Translations under genes and position numbers: made by a program | Shown: piece after piece, positions 14,351 to 30,417 of the stretch | How positions within the stretch are numbered: the stretch's first letter is position 1 | How the letters are laid out: each line of letters starts with the position of its first letter | From: the human T2T-CHM13v2.0 reference genome, Homo sapiens | NCBI RefSeq assembly: GCF_009914755.1 | Contig: NC_060927.1 | Length of the DNA: 64,000 nucleotides | Direction: 5' to 3' (one strand) | Notes under the pieces: model-generated | Seen by the model: the letters and a program-made list of their open reading frames with translations, nothing else | Told to the model about the DNA's origin: nothing | Database searches by the model: none

Positions 14351-16164
14351 GGAAGCTGAGTAAGAGAGAGGAATCCAAGATGTTTTTAAGCTTTCTAATC
14401 CTAGTGTCTAGTGCCAGTAGTTGAGACTAGGAAGAGGTAGATAATAAAACTTGATTTCTACAATCTTTATCTCTGAATTAGACAGCAGATTCCTCTGCAG
14501 TAGTTTATTCTTGTAGTCTAAATAAACCAATTAAAAGCCAGACATTGGCAGAATGGATTAAAAACACAACTCAGTTATATATTGTCTATAAGAAACTCAT
14601 TTCAAATATAATAATATAAGCAGGTCGAAAGTAAAAAAAGAAGATATATCATGCAAACATCAATCAAAGGGAAAACAAGAGTGGCTATAGTGATATCACA
14701 TAAAATAGATTTCAGACAAAAGAAAGTTATCAGAGACAGGGAAAATTACTATATAATAATAAAGTGATCCATCCACTTAGAAGACATAGCAATCCTAAAT
14801 ATGTATAGAGCAAGCAACAGAACTGTTAAATATATAAAGCCAAACTGATAGAACTGAAAGGAGAAATAGTCAAATTTACAAATACTGTTGGAGACTTCAA
14901 CCCCTCTCTCGCAACAATCCATAGGATAACTAGAAAGAAAATCAACAAGAGTGTAGAAGAGCACCATTAATCAATAAGATCTAATCAACATTTGTAGAAA
15001 ATGTTATAGATAGAAAATTTTTATTTATAGGACACTCCATCCAACAACAACAGAATACACATTATTTTCAAGTGCCCATGAACCATATACTGAGATAGAC
15101 CCTATCTAAGCCATAAGACAAACCCTAGGGAATTTAAAGGAAACACAATTAAACAGTATGTTCTCTGACCACAACAGAAATAAGGTAGAAATAAATAGCA
15201 GAAAGATAGCAAGAGAATCTCCAAGCCCTTGGAAACTAAACACTTCTAAATCATCTAAGAGTTAAAAAGGTAGTCTTGAGGGAAATAAAAAAAAAAGTGA
15301 ATGAAAATGAAAATACAACATATTGAAATTGGTGCTAGGGAAGATCTGAGAGAGAAATTTAAAGCACTAAATGCATACATTAGAAAAGAGTAATAGTCTT
15401 AAACCAATAGTCTAGCCTCCCACCTTGATAATCTGGAAAAAGAAGAGCAAAATAAACTGAAAGCAAATATAAAGGAGGAAAATAGATAAAAGCTGATATC
15501 AATGACATTGAAAACAGAAAAACAAAGAGGAAATTAATGAAACAAAAAGTTATTTTTTTAACAGATCAATAAAATTGAAAAGCCTCTAGCAGCAGTGACA
15601 AAGAGAAGACACAGATTACCAGTATTAGGAATGAAACAGGATATCACTGCAGAGTCTGCAGCCATCGAAAGTACCATAAGGGAGTACTACAAACACCTTT
15701 ACACATTCAAATTTGACAACTTACATGAAATAGATTGATCCCTTGTAAAACAAACTACTACAATGTGCCAAATGCGAAATAGGTAATTTGAATAGCCCTG
15801 TAACTATTAAGATAATTAAACTTGTAGTTTAAAACCTTCAAAAAGAAATCTCTTCAGCCTTATGTTTTCTCTGGAGAACTCTAGCAAATAGTTAAGTAAG
15901 GATTAATATAAATTCTGCACAATCTCTTACAGAAAATACAAGACAAAGGAATACTTCTTGATTCATTTTATAAACCTAGTTTTACCCTAATAATCAAACT
16001 CTACAGACACTACAAAAAAATAAAACTATAGATTAGTATCACTCATGAATATAGATGCAAGCATCCTTAACAAATATTAGCAAATAGAATTCAGCAATCT
16101 ATAAAAAGAATTATGTACAATGATCAAGCAGGGTTTCTTTCAGAAATTCAAGACTGCATCAATA

Positions 16165-16450
16165 TTTATTTCTTTACTTATTTGAGATAGGGTTTTGCAC
16201 TGTCACCAAGGCTGAGTGCAGTGCTATGCTCACAGCTCACTGTAGCCTCCACCTCTATCTGTACAAAAAATAAAAAAATTTAGCTAGGCATGGTGGTGTG
16301 TGCCTGTAATCCCAGCTACTGAGGAGGCTGAGGTGAGAGGATCACTTGAGCCTGGGGATTTGAGGCTACAGTGAGCCATAATCATGCCACTGCACCCAGC
16401 CTCAGTGACAGAGTGAAACCCTGTCTCAAAAATAAAAAAGAAAAGAAAAG
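16165..16450. mobile_element. Head-to-head fused AluJ-type fragments (antisense 3' end joined to sense right arm)
   Basis: T tail plus antisense Alu end at 16165-16255, then sense linker, right monomer and A tail at 16256-16450. Confidence 0.85.
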
Positions 16451-16983
16451 GAAACAAAAATTGTACAGACCAGAAAGGAAGAAATGAAACTTTTGCAACT
16501 TGCAGATGACATGATTGATTTATGTAGAAAATCCCAAGGAATCGACAAAAAATCCTCAAGCTAATGATTGAGCTAAGCAAGGTCACAGGATATAAGATAC
16601 ATGTACAAAATCATTTGTACTTCTATGACTAGCAATGAACTCTTGGACATCAAAATAAAAAATGCAGTACCATTTACAATTGCTAAAAAGGTTAAAGATT
16701 TAGATGTAAATCTTATGAAACATGTATAGGACTAATATACTGGAAACTACATGACACTTTAAAAAGTTGACAATCTGAATAAATGAAGAGACATATTGTG
16801 TTCATAGACTGGAAGACTTGACAGTAAAGATATCAATTCTGTAGAAATTGATCTATACATTTAATATAATTCCTACAAAAATCCCAGCAAGATATTTTCA
16901 CAGTTATAGACAAGATCATTCTAAAATTAAAATGAAAAGGTACATGAACCAGAATAGCTAAAATTATTTTGAAAAAATAAATA

Positions 16984-17318
16984 CAGTTGATCTTTGGTAT
17001 CTGTGGGGGATTGGTTCCAGGACCTCCTGTGGATAGCAAAATCTTCAGATGCTTAAGTCCCTTATATAAAATGGCATAGTATGTGTATATAATCTGTGCA
17101 CCTCCTCGCATATACTTTAAAATCATCTCTAGATTACTTATAATACCTAATATCATGTAAATGCTATGTCAATAGCTGTTTACTATATTGTTTAGGGAAT
17201 ACTGACAAGAAAAATGTCTGTATGTGTTTAGTACAGGCATAATTTTGTATCTGAATATTTTTGATCCAAAGTTGGCTGAATTCACATATAGGAACCCACA
17301 GATACAGAGAGTTGACTG
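16984..17318. mobile_element. MER2 (TcMar-Tigger MITE)
   Basis: cagttgatctttggtatctgtgggggattggttccaggac ... gatacagagagttgactg; TA target duplication on both sides. Confidence 0.85.
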
Positions 17319-17797
17319 TATAATGGGAGGAATCAGGATATCTAATTTCAATATAGCTATAATAATCAAAATTGAGTTGTTGCTAGAGGGATAGAGACAC
17401 AGAAAAATGGAACAGAATAGAAAATCCAAATGTAGACTCACTCAAATATACCCAACTGACTTTTTACAAAGGTACAAAAACAATTCAATGGAGGAAAGTT
17501 AGCCTTTTCAATTAACAGTGCTAGGGCAATTAGACATCCACATGCAAAAAAAAAAAAAAAAAAAAAAAAAAAATAACCAGCTACATCTGTTTCATAGTTT
17601 ATTCAAAAATTAACTCAAAATGAATTGTAAACTTAAATGTAAAATGTAAAACTAAAAATTTTATTTGAAAGATATAGGAGAAAATCTTTGAGATCTAAGG
17701 CTAGGAAGGGGTTATTAGACTTGACACAAAAATCATGATCCATAAAAGGATATTTGATAAACTGGACTTCATTAAATTAAAAACTTGTTTTGTGCAA

Positions 17798-17908
17798 ATG
17801 CAAATTTTGATTCAGGGAGTCTATTGTTGAACCTGAGATTCTGCACTTACTAAAAGTTTTCAGATGATGCTGAAGCTGCTGGTGTAGGAACCATACTTTG
17901 AATAGCAA
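17798..17908. mobile_element. MER5A fragment
   Basis: ctgagattctgcact...cagatgatgctgaagctgctggt...accatactttgaatagc. Confidence 0.6.
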
Positions 17909-18149
17909 AAGACAGACAATCTGTTTGGCTCCTTACAGTCCTAAAATTACAGGGATAAATAATTTAATGGACAAATAAATTTTGTTATTTTATAGGGTTC
18001 ACAATTAAGAGAAGTAGAGGAGATAATTTCAGTGGAAGGAATAATAGAAACCCCTCAAAATCCAATTTTATAGCTGTATAAAATGAAGAACAAAATGTTA
18101 TCTTTTCAAATGTCTTTAATTATCTAATATTCTCATTTTTTCTAAAAAG

Positions 18150-21098
18150 ATAATAAAAGGAGGTTTTTTAATTCAAAGGTATAACTGAATAGGTAGATTT
18201 GTTTATAGCTATTCTTGTGAAACACTTTTAAAAAAAAATACGACCAACTTCTGTGCAAATAGCAGACACATACCTCAACTATCATGAGCTAATTTTTGGT
18301 GGATAATATACATAATTAGGCACAAATAGGCAAGTTCACACTGGTAGATTAAGTATCAAATATTCAGTCAAAACTCCATTTGTGGCCCCCACTTCTTGAT
18401 CGAGTTCTATTCCCACTTCATCTTCTACCATCTTGTCGACTTCCTGAGTGACTCCCTTGTCGACTCTGTCTACCTGATAGGCCACCAGATGGACCACCTG
18501 ACTGGCCTGACCCGCCTGACCAGCCACTTGACCAGCCATTCCTCCGTTGGGGATTAGAAGACTTGTTTCCATCATAATATTCTTCAATTTCAGGTAATTT
18601 GGCTGGCACTGAGAGTATCCAGTTGGAATCGTGCCACACTGCCTGTAACCTTTCTGATTCAGTTGTAGGAACATCAAAGCAAACACCCATATTTCCTTTC
18701 AGGAGGCACACACTGGTAATCTGAGACGCTGTATTACTACTTAGCTTTCTGTTAAGTTCTTTCCAGGCACAGGTGACATCCTGTATTTCCTCTAGGCTTT
18801 CCAGAGTCATGGTCATCAGAGGCGATCAAAGACTGTGGTTCAAAACTTGATGCACCAGAAATGTGGGCTAAAGTTGCAGCCAATGCATCCACTGCCCCTT
18901 TCTCTTCTATCAGTCTCTGAGCTGATGGTCAGAAAAAATCAACAGCAGCATAAGAAACGGAAGTCAGAAACCTGATGGTATCCATGCTTTTAGATTTAAC
19001 TAAATCCATTGTAGAAGGAACACCTACACATTTAAAAGTAATTCTTGCTTTTTGTTCCACATATCTTAGTTGACCTCTTTCTCTTGGTTGATAAAAACAT
19101 ATACAAATCCCTGTCCAGCTCTACCTGTGCATCCAGAGCGATGGATACGGGCCTCAACATCCTGAGGAGGAGAATGTTGAATCACCAGGTCTACTTCAGG
19201 AATGTGCAAACTATGGGCAGCCACATTGGTTGCCACCAAAACTTTAAAACTATCTTCTCTGAAGCCTTTTAGTGTAATTTCTCTTTGTGACTGTGCAATA
19301 TCCCCATGTAAACACTGGGCATTCTGTTTTATGTGTGGATTCATGGCCATTTCAGTTACATTCTTCCTGGTCTCACAGAAAATAATAGCCCTCCCTTCAG
19401 ACCCACTGTAGACTTGAAGGACATCTCCAATAACTGCTGGCCTCTGAGACCAATGACACTGAATGGCCAAGTGTTCCACAGTAGTTGCAGCCTTTTGAGT
19501 CATTTATCCAATAAGGTCAACCTGTTCATATCTGGATTTCATGTATTTATTTGCAACTTTGTATACCCACTGTGGGCAAGTTGCAGAAAAAAGTAAAGTC
19601 TGAGGATGGTCTTCAGATTCAGTTTTGTAGGATTTGTGAATCACATCTTCAACTTGTTCATTAAAATCTAAATCTAACGTTTGATCCACTTCATCAAGCA
19701 CAACATGGCACAGTTTAGAAAGATCCAATCAGCCACTCTGCAGATGATCTTTGATATGACCAGGGGTTCCAACCAAGATGTCAATACCATTTTGCATATG
19801 ATTAATTTGGCTTTGATATGGTATTGCACCATAAAAACACACCATGCTGAGTTTCCTAGTTTTATCTTTGAAGTCTTTGGCTACTTGGTTTGCCAGTTCC
19901 CTTGCTGGAGCCAAAACAAGTACCTTTGTTGAGCAGCTTTTTAAAAATTGTTTCTTGATTTCTTTGGAGTCTTTCAATCAAGGGGATGGCAAAAAAGAAT
20001 GTCTTTCCTGTTCCTGTCCATGCTCGAGCTATTAAATCTTTTCTTTCAAATACAGGACAAGGTCCTAACTTGAATAGGAAAGAGATATGTTACCCTTTGA
20101 TGTTTCAGAAGCTTTACAGTCTCTTCAGAAATACGGAAATAGGAGAAAGCTCTTTCTTTCTGTTCACATGTTAAGGTCTCCTCTAGTTTATTATCACTTG
20201 ATTTATGAGTAGAACTATCTAAGGATGATACTTGCTTTGATTTTTTTTTTCATATTCATCAATATTTCCATTTGGTAGATCTTTTCTTCCTATGAGATTT
20301 AGAGAATTTATCTGAAAGTCTACAAATCCTTCTTCAGTGTCTCCATTTAGCTTCTCTTTCATTTTAGTTTTTTTTGGCCTTGGAAGCATCCAGGTCATCT
20401 ATAACAACATTTTCTCTTGTTTTTGATTTCTCATCTGGGTCATAATGGTGCCTTGACTTCCTTCTGTCACTCCAGCACTGTGTAATGTGTTTTCAGCTTA
20501 TCTTGTTTAAATCTTCATAACAACCCTATAAGGGAAGTACAGGTCTATAATCCCTTATCTGAAATTGCAATATCGATAGAGCTCTTAGTGATAAGGTCAG
20601 GGGGTAGATTCTGCTTTCTAAGGCTATACAAAATAAGTCTCATTCTCTTGTTGAATGTCAGCCTTCAAATACTGCCACCTTAGCCTCTTCAGCTGATTTC
20701 TTTTTTGCAGGTCAAATGTTTCCAGTAAAAATTTTACCTGTGCATTTTCCAGCACCCTGTGATCCTCTGAGTGTTTCAGGATTTTTTTTTCCTTTTCCTT
20801 TTTTTTTTGGAGGGCAGGCGGGTGGGAGGAGGAAAGACTCTACAACTCCTCTACAGGCTCCTTGAGGGCAGGGACCATTTCTTAGTTTAAGCCCCTCGGT
20901 GCTCAGCAAAGAGTATAGTACAAATTAGGTTCAATAAATACCTTTTGCCTGTCCTTCTTCTGGCTCTCGGACTCCTCCAAGGGTGTTTTCAGCTCCATAA
21001 TGTCGCCCCAAGGAGTTTCCCAGGCATTACTGGCCACCACCTCCCTCCACGCACAGTGGCCACAACTACCTGTGGGCAGTGACAGCATGGAAGGAAGC
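18150..21098 (-). pseudogene. DDX50P2: DDX50 (nucleolar DExD-box RNA helicase Gu-beta) processed pseudogene, likely DDX50P2
   Basis: Intron-less homology from the 5' UTR and ATG (21027; MPGKL-WGDIMEL) through [31 protein letters not shown] and the GUCT/RS-GG tail to TGA at 18364-18366. 3' UTR has ATTAAA at 18167-18172. Many frameshifts and stops. The P2 suffix is recalled, not verified. Confidence 0.9.
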
Positions 21099-21256
21099 TG
21101 GGCCTAATGCTTTACTCAAATCACACTGATATTGAAAATGATGAATCATTCTGATGAAAAATGATCAAGTTTCTGCATGAAACCTCATTTTACATTGATT
21201 TTATGGCCAAAACGTAAGCTTCTGAAATGAATATATCTTGATACTTAAGTTACTAT

Positions 21257-21553
<297 letters not shown>

Positions 21554-22431
21554 ACTTCATTTCTTATTATGGAAATTTGTATTCTCATATTTTCAATTCA
21601 TACTTTTTAGCCCTGTGTGAATCCGTGTGTACAATCATCACAGACTGCAATAAATCCTTAGGGAATTTTGGATTTAAGTGTGTTGTTTCTCTTGGGATTA
21701 TTAGACAGGGTTTTTCATTCTCTGTTCTAATAGAAACGAAACCTCTAGTTTTATCTCTTAGAATGGCATTTCAAATCAGATATGATATGTATCCAAATTT
21801 ATTTCCATATTTTATCCTTTATTTCTGTTTTTCTAACAAAATAAAAGAGGATAAACTAGCTTGAAAGAAAGCATACACTGATTCTAATTTAACAAGAAAA
21901 TAAAATTTCATCAGGAATAAATGAATCCTAAGAAATGAAATAATTTTTTATATCCTAATGATAAGCACTCATTCAATTGGATGTTAGGAATATCCTACAA
22001 AAAATGTTTGCAAGAAAAAAATTTCTCATACCTAATTCACCAGAATTAGGTCAGAAATGATATATTTTCATTCGTAAGACAGTTTCAAAGGATAAATACA
22101 ATGTTTTTGTAAGGTTGCTATACTCCAGAAAAGGTGTTAAAGTTTACATTGATGATATTCATGTAAGTATGGAAGACAAGAATACTTTCGTCAAACATCA
22201 TATTGGGATACAAAGAGCATCAAACTAAAAAGCAAATTTAAAGAGGCAAATAGAGTAGGCAGTGTCCTAGGGTAGAGGAGGCTAGTGACAGGGAATAAGA
22301 GTAAATGAGTACTTGGGACCTTCCTGGTGTGATGAAATGTTCTAAAACTGATTTATGGTGATGTTTGTACAACTTGGTAAACTTACTAGAAATCATTCAC
22401 TTGCTCACTTGAAGTGGATGACTTATGGGCT

Positions 22432-24548
<2,117 letters not shown>

Positions 24549-26386
24549 GTTGGGCTAAATAAACCCCAAAGTATCTCTTATGTCTTCCTATTCCAACATT
24601 CTATGGCTATTTTGGCAAAGTAGCCTCAATGAAATCACTTTTTTTCCTTGAAAAATATCTAAGTATAAAAGCTCTTCTAAAAAAAATTAAAATCACCAAA
24701 CCTTTAAAAACTTCCCCAAAGAAATTACAGATCCAAGATACTTGAAAAGAAACTTTATTTATCAATAAAGCATTGTTGTTGAAGGAATATTTTTATCCTT
24801 CCAAAATATATGAAATCAAAGCCACTACGCAGCCTACAATGAAAATGTCTGAGGTGGGAAGATACAACAAGAATGAAAAGAAAGCAGATTATAAACCCAT
24901 GTTTATGAGTTTCATAGACCTTTATGAACTAGAAAGAAACCTGTAAGGATGATTTAATGATGCTTATACACTTCTAATTTATACCCTCTTTCAATAGGAA
25001 ACACTTATTAAGCTCGAATACAGGTAAGAGACCATGTAAGATCCTGTAGATATGGTCATATACAGGGATGTGCATGTCTTATGTATTTGTGCGTGGGTGT
25101 TTGTATATATAATGTATAGTTAACTCTTTTCTGGTGATAGAAATAATACATTACTGCTTCATTTTGCTATTGAAATATATCTAAAGAACATGCACCAAGA
25201 AGTGCCTTAGGTCATAGAAAATTAAGGATGACTTCTATATCACTATAACTTTAATAATTTTAACCCTTGTGAAAAAAATCGTTTAACTCCATAGAGCCTA
25301 TACGGGTAGTATGCATTATTTAAATCAATGGAATTTTCTTCTCAGTTTTTTTTTGTGCAAAATAAGGGACATTCTTTAGAAAATTCTGTGATACTTCTTA
25401 TCTAGAAAATAATTTGATAAGTTTAATATTTATGCCTTAAAAACATAACATATGGCATTATACTCTGGTAGTTTGTATTCTTGTCAGTGAAGCTAAGCTG
25501 GGAATTAATTACATTTTCCATATGTCTCTTACTTGTATCCCTGCAGATTGAAGTTGGCCAAGAAAGGAAGTTACATGCTATTTGGAAGGTGGAAAAAGCA
25601 ATGGCCATAACCATTTGAAAAATCTTCTCATAGGCAGAATCAGAGACAGACAGAAGAAAGGGTACCAGAGAGGGGCCAGCTTGTCATCACTCACTTCTGC
25701 TCCACATCTAGCTTTTCTTGACTACTGGTATTGTTGACCAACAGAGCCTCCAATCCACCCCAGATGCTTGGCTATGGGCCCACAGAGGTCGTGGTTATTC
25801 AGAGGCAACAGCTTTTCATAGACCTCTCCACAAATTTCCCCTTTGTGGTCCTACTTTGCTGGCTAGACATACTTGGTTTCTCAAGCTGACTGAGTGGTAA
25901 CTCTGTCTCTGATCCTCAAACTTCTCTTCAAGTCCTCTTCTTCTCCAGCTTTCTCCACAATTCTAAACGAAGTATCTTATCCCATAACACCCATAGTGTT
26001 TTTGCTCCTTGGACTAAACCTTAATAGATACAAATTCCTAATCAATGGAAGAGAAAACCTAACTAAAATAATGAAGAAAAATATGATGATTTTAATTAAT
26101 TAAAAAACCCAAAAACATTTATGGATGAAGGTGGTGGAAGGTAGTCCAATCACAGAATCTCTCTCATCCAGTAAGATGAAGAAAGACAACAGTCACAGAT
26201 TCACCAGGAGCAACCAAACAAGGAAAGTGTCCAGTCTCATGCAAAAGCTTCTAAGAGTGCTGGCCACCAAACAGAAACAAAAGATTCATCCACTTCTGTA
26301 AGCAGTTGCCCAGAAAGAAGACGATTTGAAAAAATCTGAGAATTCTGGCTATGAATGAATTCCATTTTGGTAAGAGATGGTTTAAA

Positions 26387-26699
26387 GTAATGATTCTCAA
26401 AATGAGGGCTGCAAGCAGTTTCAGGGGATCTGTGGTCAAAACCCATCTTACAAACAGTTTCAGGGGGTCTGTATGGCCCAAGCTATTTTAATGACTATAC
26501 TAAGGTTTTATTTATCATTTTCACCATGGTAACATTTTTACTGAAGGTACTAAAGCAATGGTGGGTAAAACTGCTGGCAATTTAACAAGAATCAAGGCTG
26601 TGGCAACACATTTTCTTGGTAGCCACTGTATATCTAATCACTGCACATATAGAGTAAAAAATAAACCAACAATTTCACTTAAGAATGTCCTTGATGAAG
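26387..26699 (+). mobile_element. Charlie1-type hAT transposon fragment, followed by MIR (to ~26830)
   Basis: gcaatggtgggtaaaactgctggc...gaatcaaggc...tttcacttaagaatgtccttgatgaag. Confidence 0.7.
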
Positions 26700-28288
26700 G
26701 TGTGTATTACGATTATCCCCATTTTACAGATGAGAACATTGAGATGCACAGATGTTAAGTATGTTTTTCAAGGTCAAACAGCCAATAAGTGGTAGAACTG
26801 GAATTCCAATCTGGGCAGTATGGCACTAGAAAAAAATAGATAGTACAATTCAATTTATTCATTCACTATATTTTTATTGAGTACTTAATATGAGGCAGAT
26901 ACTACTCCAGGGATCGGAGATACAAAATGATTATCCATCTGTCCATCCAAACATCCATTCATTATTCTCTCTGCATATGTGCATAGAGACCTATAGTAAT
27001 TTCTAGGCAGTATAATTTTAGGTTAGATGCCTCTCTCTTCTTGGTAGTTTTCTGTACTGCTTGAATTTTACAAATAATGAGCATAAGCTATTTTTATTAA
27101 AAACAATAAAGTAATTATTCTTAAGACAAAACTGAACACAACTAATTTCTCTTTTGAAGAAAATACAAAGTAAAATTTCAAGTCTTAAAGGAGTATGAAA
27201 AGACTGCTCTGTTCTTTCTTCCACTTTTAAGTATTCTTTCTTCCCACTACCTACATAGCAACAGAATATAGTATACGGAAAATTCTTTTCTAAAATTGAT
27301 TTAGAAGACAAAGTCTCCAAAATCTTCCCATCCCACACAGCAGATACTAAAGCAATTCTTTTTAAAATACATTATTACAAAGATTCTTTATAAAAAATTA
27401 ACTGAAAATTCTAGTGGTATTATTGAATCTCAAATAAAAAGAATGCTAATGATGAAGTTATACATAGAACATCACTCATATGCACACTTTTCAGAAATTA
27501 GACACTTGCCTTCAGGGGAAATGAGTTCTGTGAAAGTGAAAATGGCATATTCAACTAGTCTTCTTATTCCTGGGGAGAGAATAGCATACACATTTTAACA
27601 ACAACATCAGGAATACATAAAAGTACGTGTCCTAATAAAATCTAGATGTTTCTTTGTAACCTGATTGATAGTGCTTTTTCAATTGATGGAATTACTAAGA
27701 TATTTGCATTTAAATTTTTTCTCAGTTTTGGTTTTAATTCACATTCATTATTTATATAGTGGATAGGACAATCATATGCACTAATGTATATTTTAATTTT
27801 ACAGGGTGAAAATTTGTGATGCTCCAAAGCTTTTGTTTTCAAAAATTTTGGACCAGTACGGGGTGCTTTTTTTCTTTTCTCTATCAAAACTTGTTAGGGT
27901 TTCAGAATAAATTGGCCATCCTAATGTGGAAGTCTAGGAATCTGGGTATCCACCTTCTTAGAACCAATAATTCCCTTTATTATAAAAGTATTCGAGGAAC
28001 ATTAAATGCACTGATTGAACCTATTTGTTCTTCCAGGGTCCAGACCTCTAATCTTTATTCTTTAGACATGTTGTTTACAAATGCCAGTCTTAGATTGGTG
28101 CTGAACTGACCACATACAAATACAAGCAGAGCTTATTAAAAAGATACATTTATAGTCTCTACTTTGAGAAATTTTAATTTAGTAGTTTAGAATTGGAAGC
28201 CAAAATTTATATTTGTGAAGAGTTCTCCAGATTATTTTCATATATAGCCAGATCTGAGAACTACTGACTTAGAATATCCTAAAAAAGA

Positions 28289-28580
<292 letters not shown>

Positions 28581-29786
28581 TTAATTTACTGTCACCCCAA
28601 AAAAGACATGGAGAAATATCTTGCTAGATTTCCATATTCTCCTGTTTCCCAAGTTTTAGTCAGAATTACAACTAAAGAAGCCAATAAGCATTTTTGTTAG
28701 CTGAAACACTTAAAAACTATTAAAAATATCAAAACTTCAGGGGGAAGAAACATTTATCATGAAGCTAATGAAGCTTAAGTTCCACAGCTAATCACATGCA
28801 TGGGCCACTCTGAGTGCTGATTATTGTTGAAAGTGGCAGTGCCCTGAGTGAAGAGTGGAAGCCAGGTTGCAATCAGAATGCATTCTTTGTAAGTGTATCT
28901 GGGAAATGGCCTAAAGAGATCTCAGACAATGTGTGTCTGAATCTCCAAGGCACCAATACACTTATTATTATATTTTTTTATTATAAATAAATATTCATTT
29001 TTGTATCTAATTTTGTATTCATGATTTGCATACTTTTTCTTACAGTTGTTTTTCCCAAACAAACACTATTCAAGTCCTATATAACCTGGATCCATCCATG
29101 TGTCAATGATCAATATTAAGGATTCAGTGCAGAAATATCAGGGCTATTTAGAGGTATTCCATTGGAAAATGATTACACATGAGATCACTTGAAAATGCAC
29201 ATTAGCAGATAATCTTTGAAGACTCCTCTAAGAAGAATCTGGGTAGAGGGTGCAAAGGTCTTGTAGAAAGAAAGAGCATGGCATATTCAAGGAAATAAAA
29301 TTAATAGGTTAGAAACTGAAGCAAATAGTTCAAGGGGAGGTTGAGGGGAGATGAAACCACAGGAACCAATCACTGAAGCCACATTAAGGAGTTTTAACCT
29401 TGTCCTTAAGGCGAAAGGAACTACCAAAGTGTTCTAAGCATAAAATTGACAGGAGAAAAATTATATTTTTGCAAATTTATTCCGGGCTGTGATGTGTAGA
29501 TCAGAGGGTTGTCTCAGTACACTTTTGCTGCTATAACAAAATACTACAAACTGAATAATTTACAAATTATTCAGTCTTGAATAATTGGCCTCCTGGTTCT
29601 GGAGGCTAGGAAGTTCAAGATCAAGGTTCCAGCATTAGTGTTTGGTGAGGGGTGCTCTCTGCTTCTAAGATGCTGTCCCATTGCTGCAGCCTCCAGAGGG
29701 ACAAACACTGTGTCCTCTCATAGCAAAAATGACAGGGAAGAGGGTGCTCTCTTCAACCTTGAGCCCATTTATAAGGATGTTAATCC

Positions 29787-30417
29787 TGATAGTGACAGGA
29801 AACAGACAAATTCCTTAGGCAGACAGGGACAAGTCCCCAGTGAAATCCAACCTTCAAGCCAAGGACAGTCTAAAACCTGAAAACCAAGCTGCCACTTCTG
29901 GATAGAGTCCATGACAGGAGTGAGAACTTCCATCCCTGTCTTGCCCAGTCTCTCTTGGTTGGTTCCTTCTGAATGATGCCTTTTCAATCCAAAGGTGCTT
30001 TTTCCAAGACCAGCCATGGACAAATCAGCGTGCATTCCCCTATTTTAAGCCCATAAAAACCCCAGATGACAACCCACTTTTGGGTCCCCCTCCCACTGAC
30101 AGCTTTCTTTCTGTGGCTCAATAAAATTCTACTCTGCCTTACTCACTCTCCAGTGTTCATGTACCTTATTCCTCTTGGTTGTGGGACAAGAACCTGGAAC
30201 TCACTGAAATGCAGGAGTGGAAGCTGTGCTGAGCTGTGGGCAGCAGGAATAAAAGAGCTGTAACTCTCTCTCCCTCTCATGGAACAATGGGAGAGAAGAA
30301 GCGAAGCTGCTGGGCACCACTCCCTCCTACTAACCAAGGTATGGGAGTGAAGAAGTGAAGCCACTGGGTGCCACTCCCTCCTGCTTGCTGAACTATGGGA
30401 GTAAAAAAGCTGCAACA
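29787..30417 (+). mobile_element. ERV1 solo LTR, MER61/LTR9-like
   Basis: TG...CA ends (tgatagtgacagg...gctgcaaca), perfect 4-bp TSD ATCC, internal AATAAA. Confidence 0.8.

Larger units (their letters stand above)
14515..17795 (+). mobile_element. Old L1M ORF2 fragment (EN through post-RT), interrupted by an Alu fusion and MER2
   Basis: Degenerate L1 ORF2 motifs: ggagacttcaac (GDFN), ctctgaccacaa (SDHN), gcagatgacatgatt (ADDMI). Confidence 0.85.

Noticed and set aside
18418-19977. DEAD-box helicase ORFs as a functional retrogene
   Set aside because: Frameshift within the first codons, many stops and frameshifts, and degenerate motifs (e.g. [16 protein letters not shown]).
20472-20941. DDX50 insert as a retained full intron or a later TE insertion
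   Set aside because: It starts with GT, but no AG excision restores the junction and there is no polypyrimidine tract. It has no TSD or poly-A and is built from ancient L2/MIR pieces.
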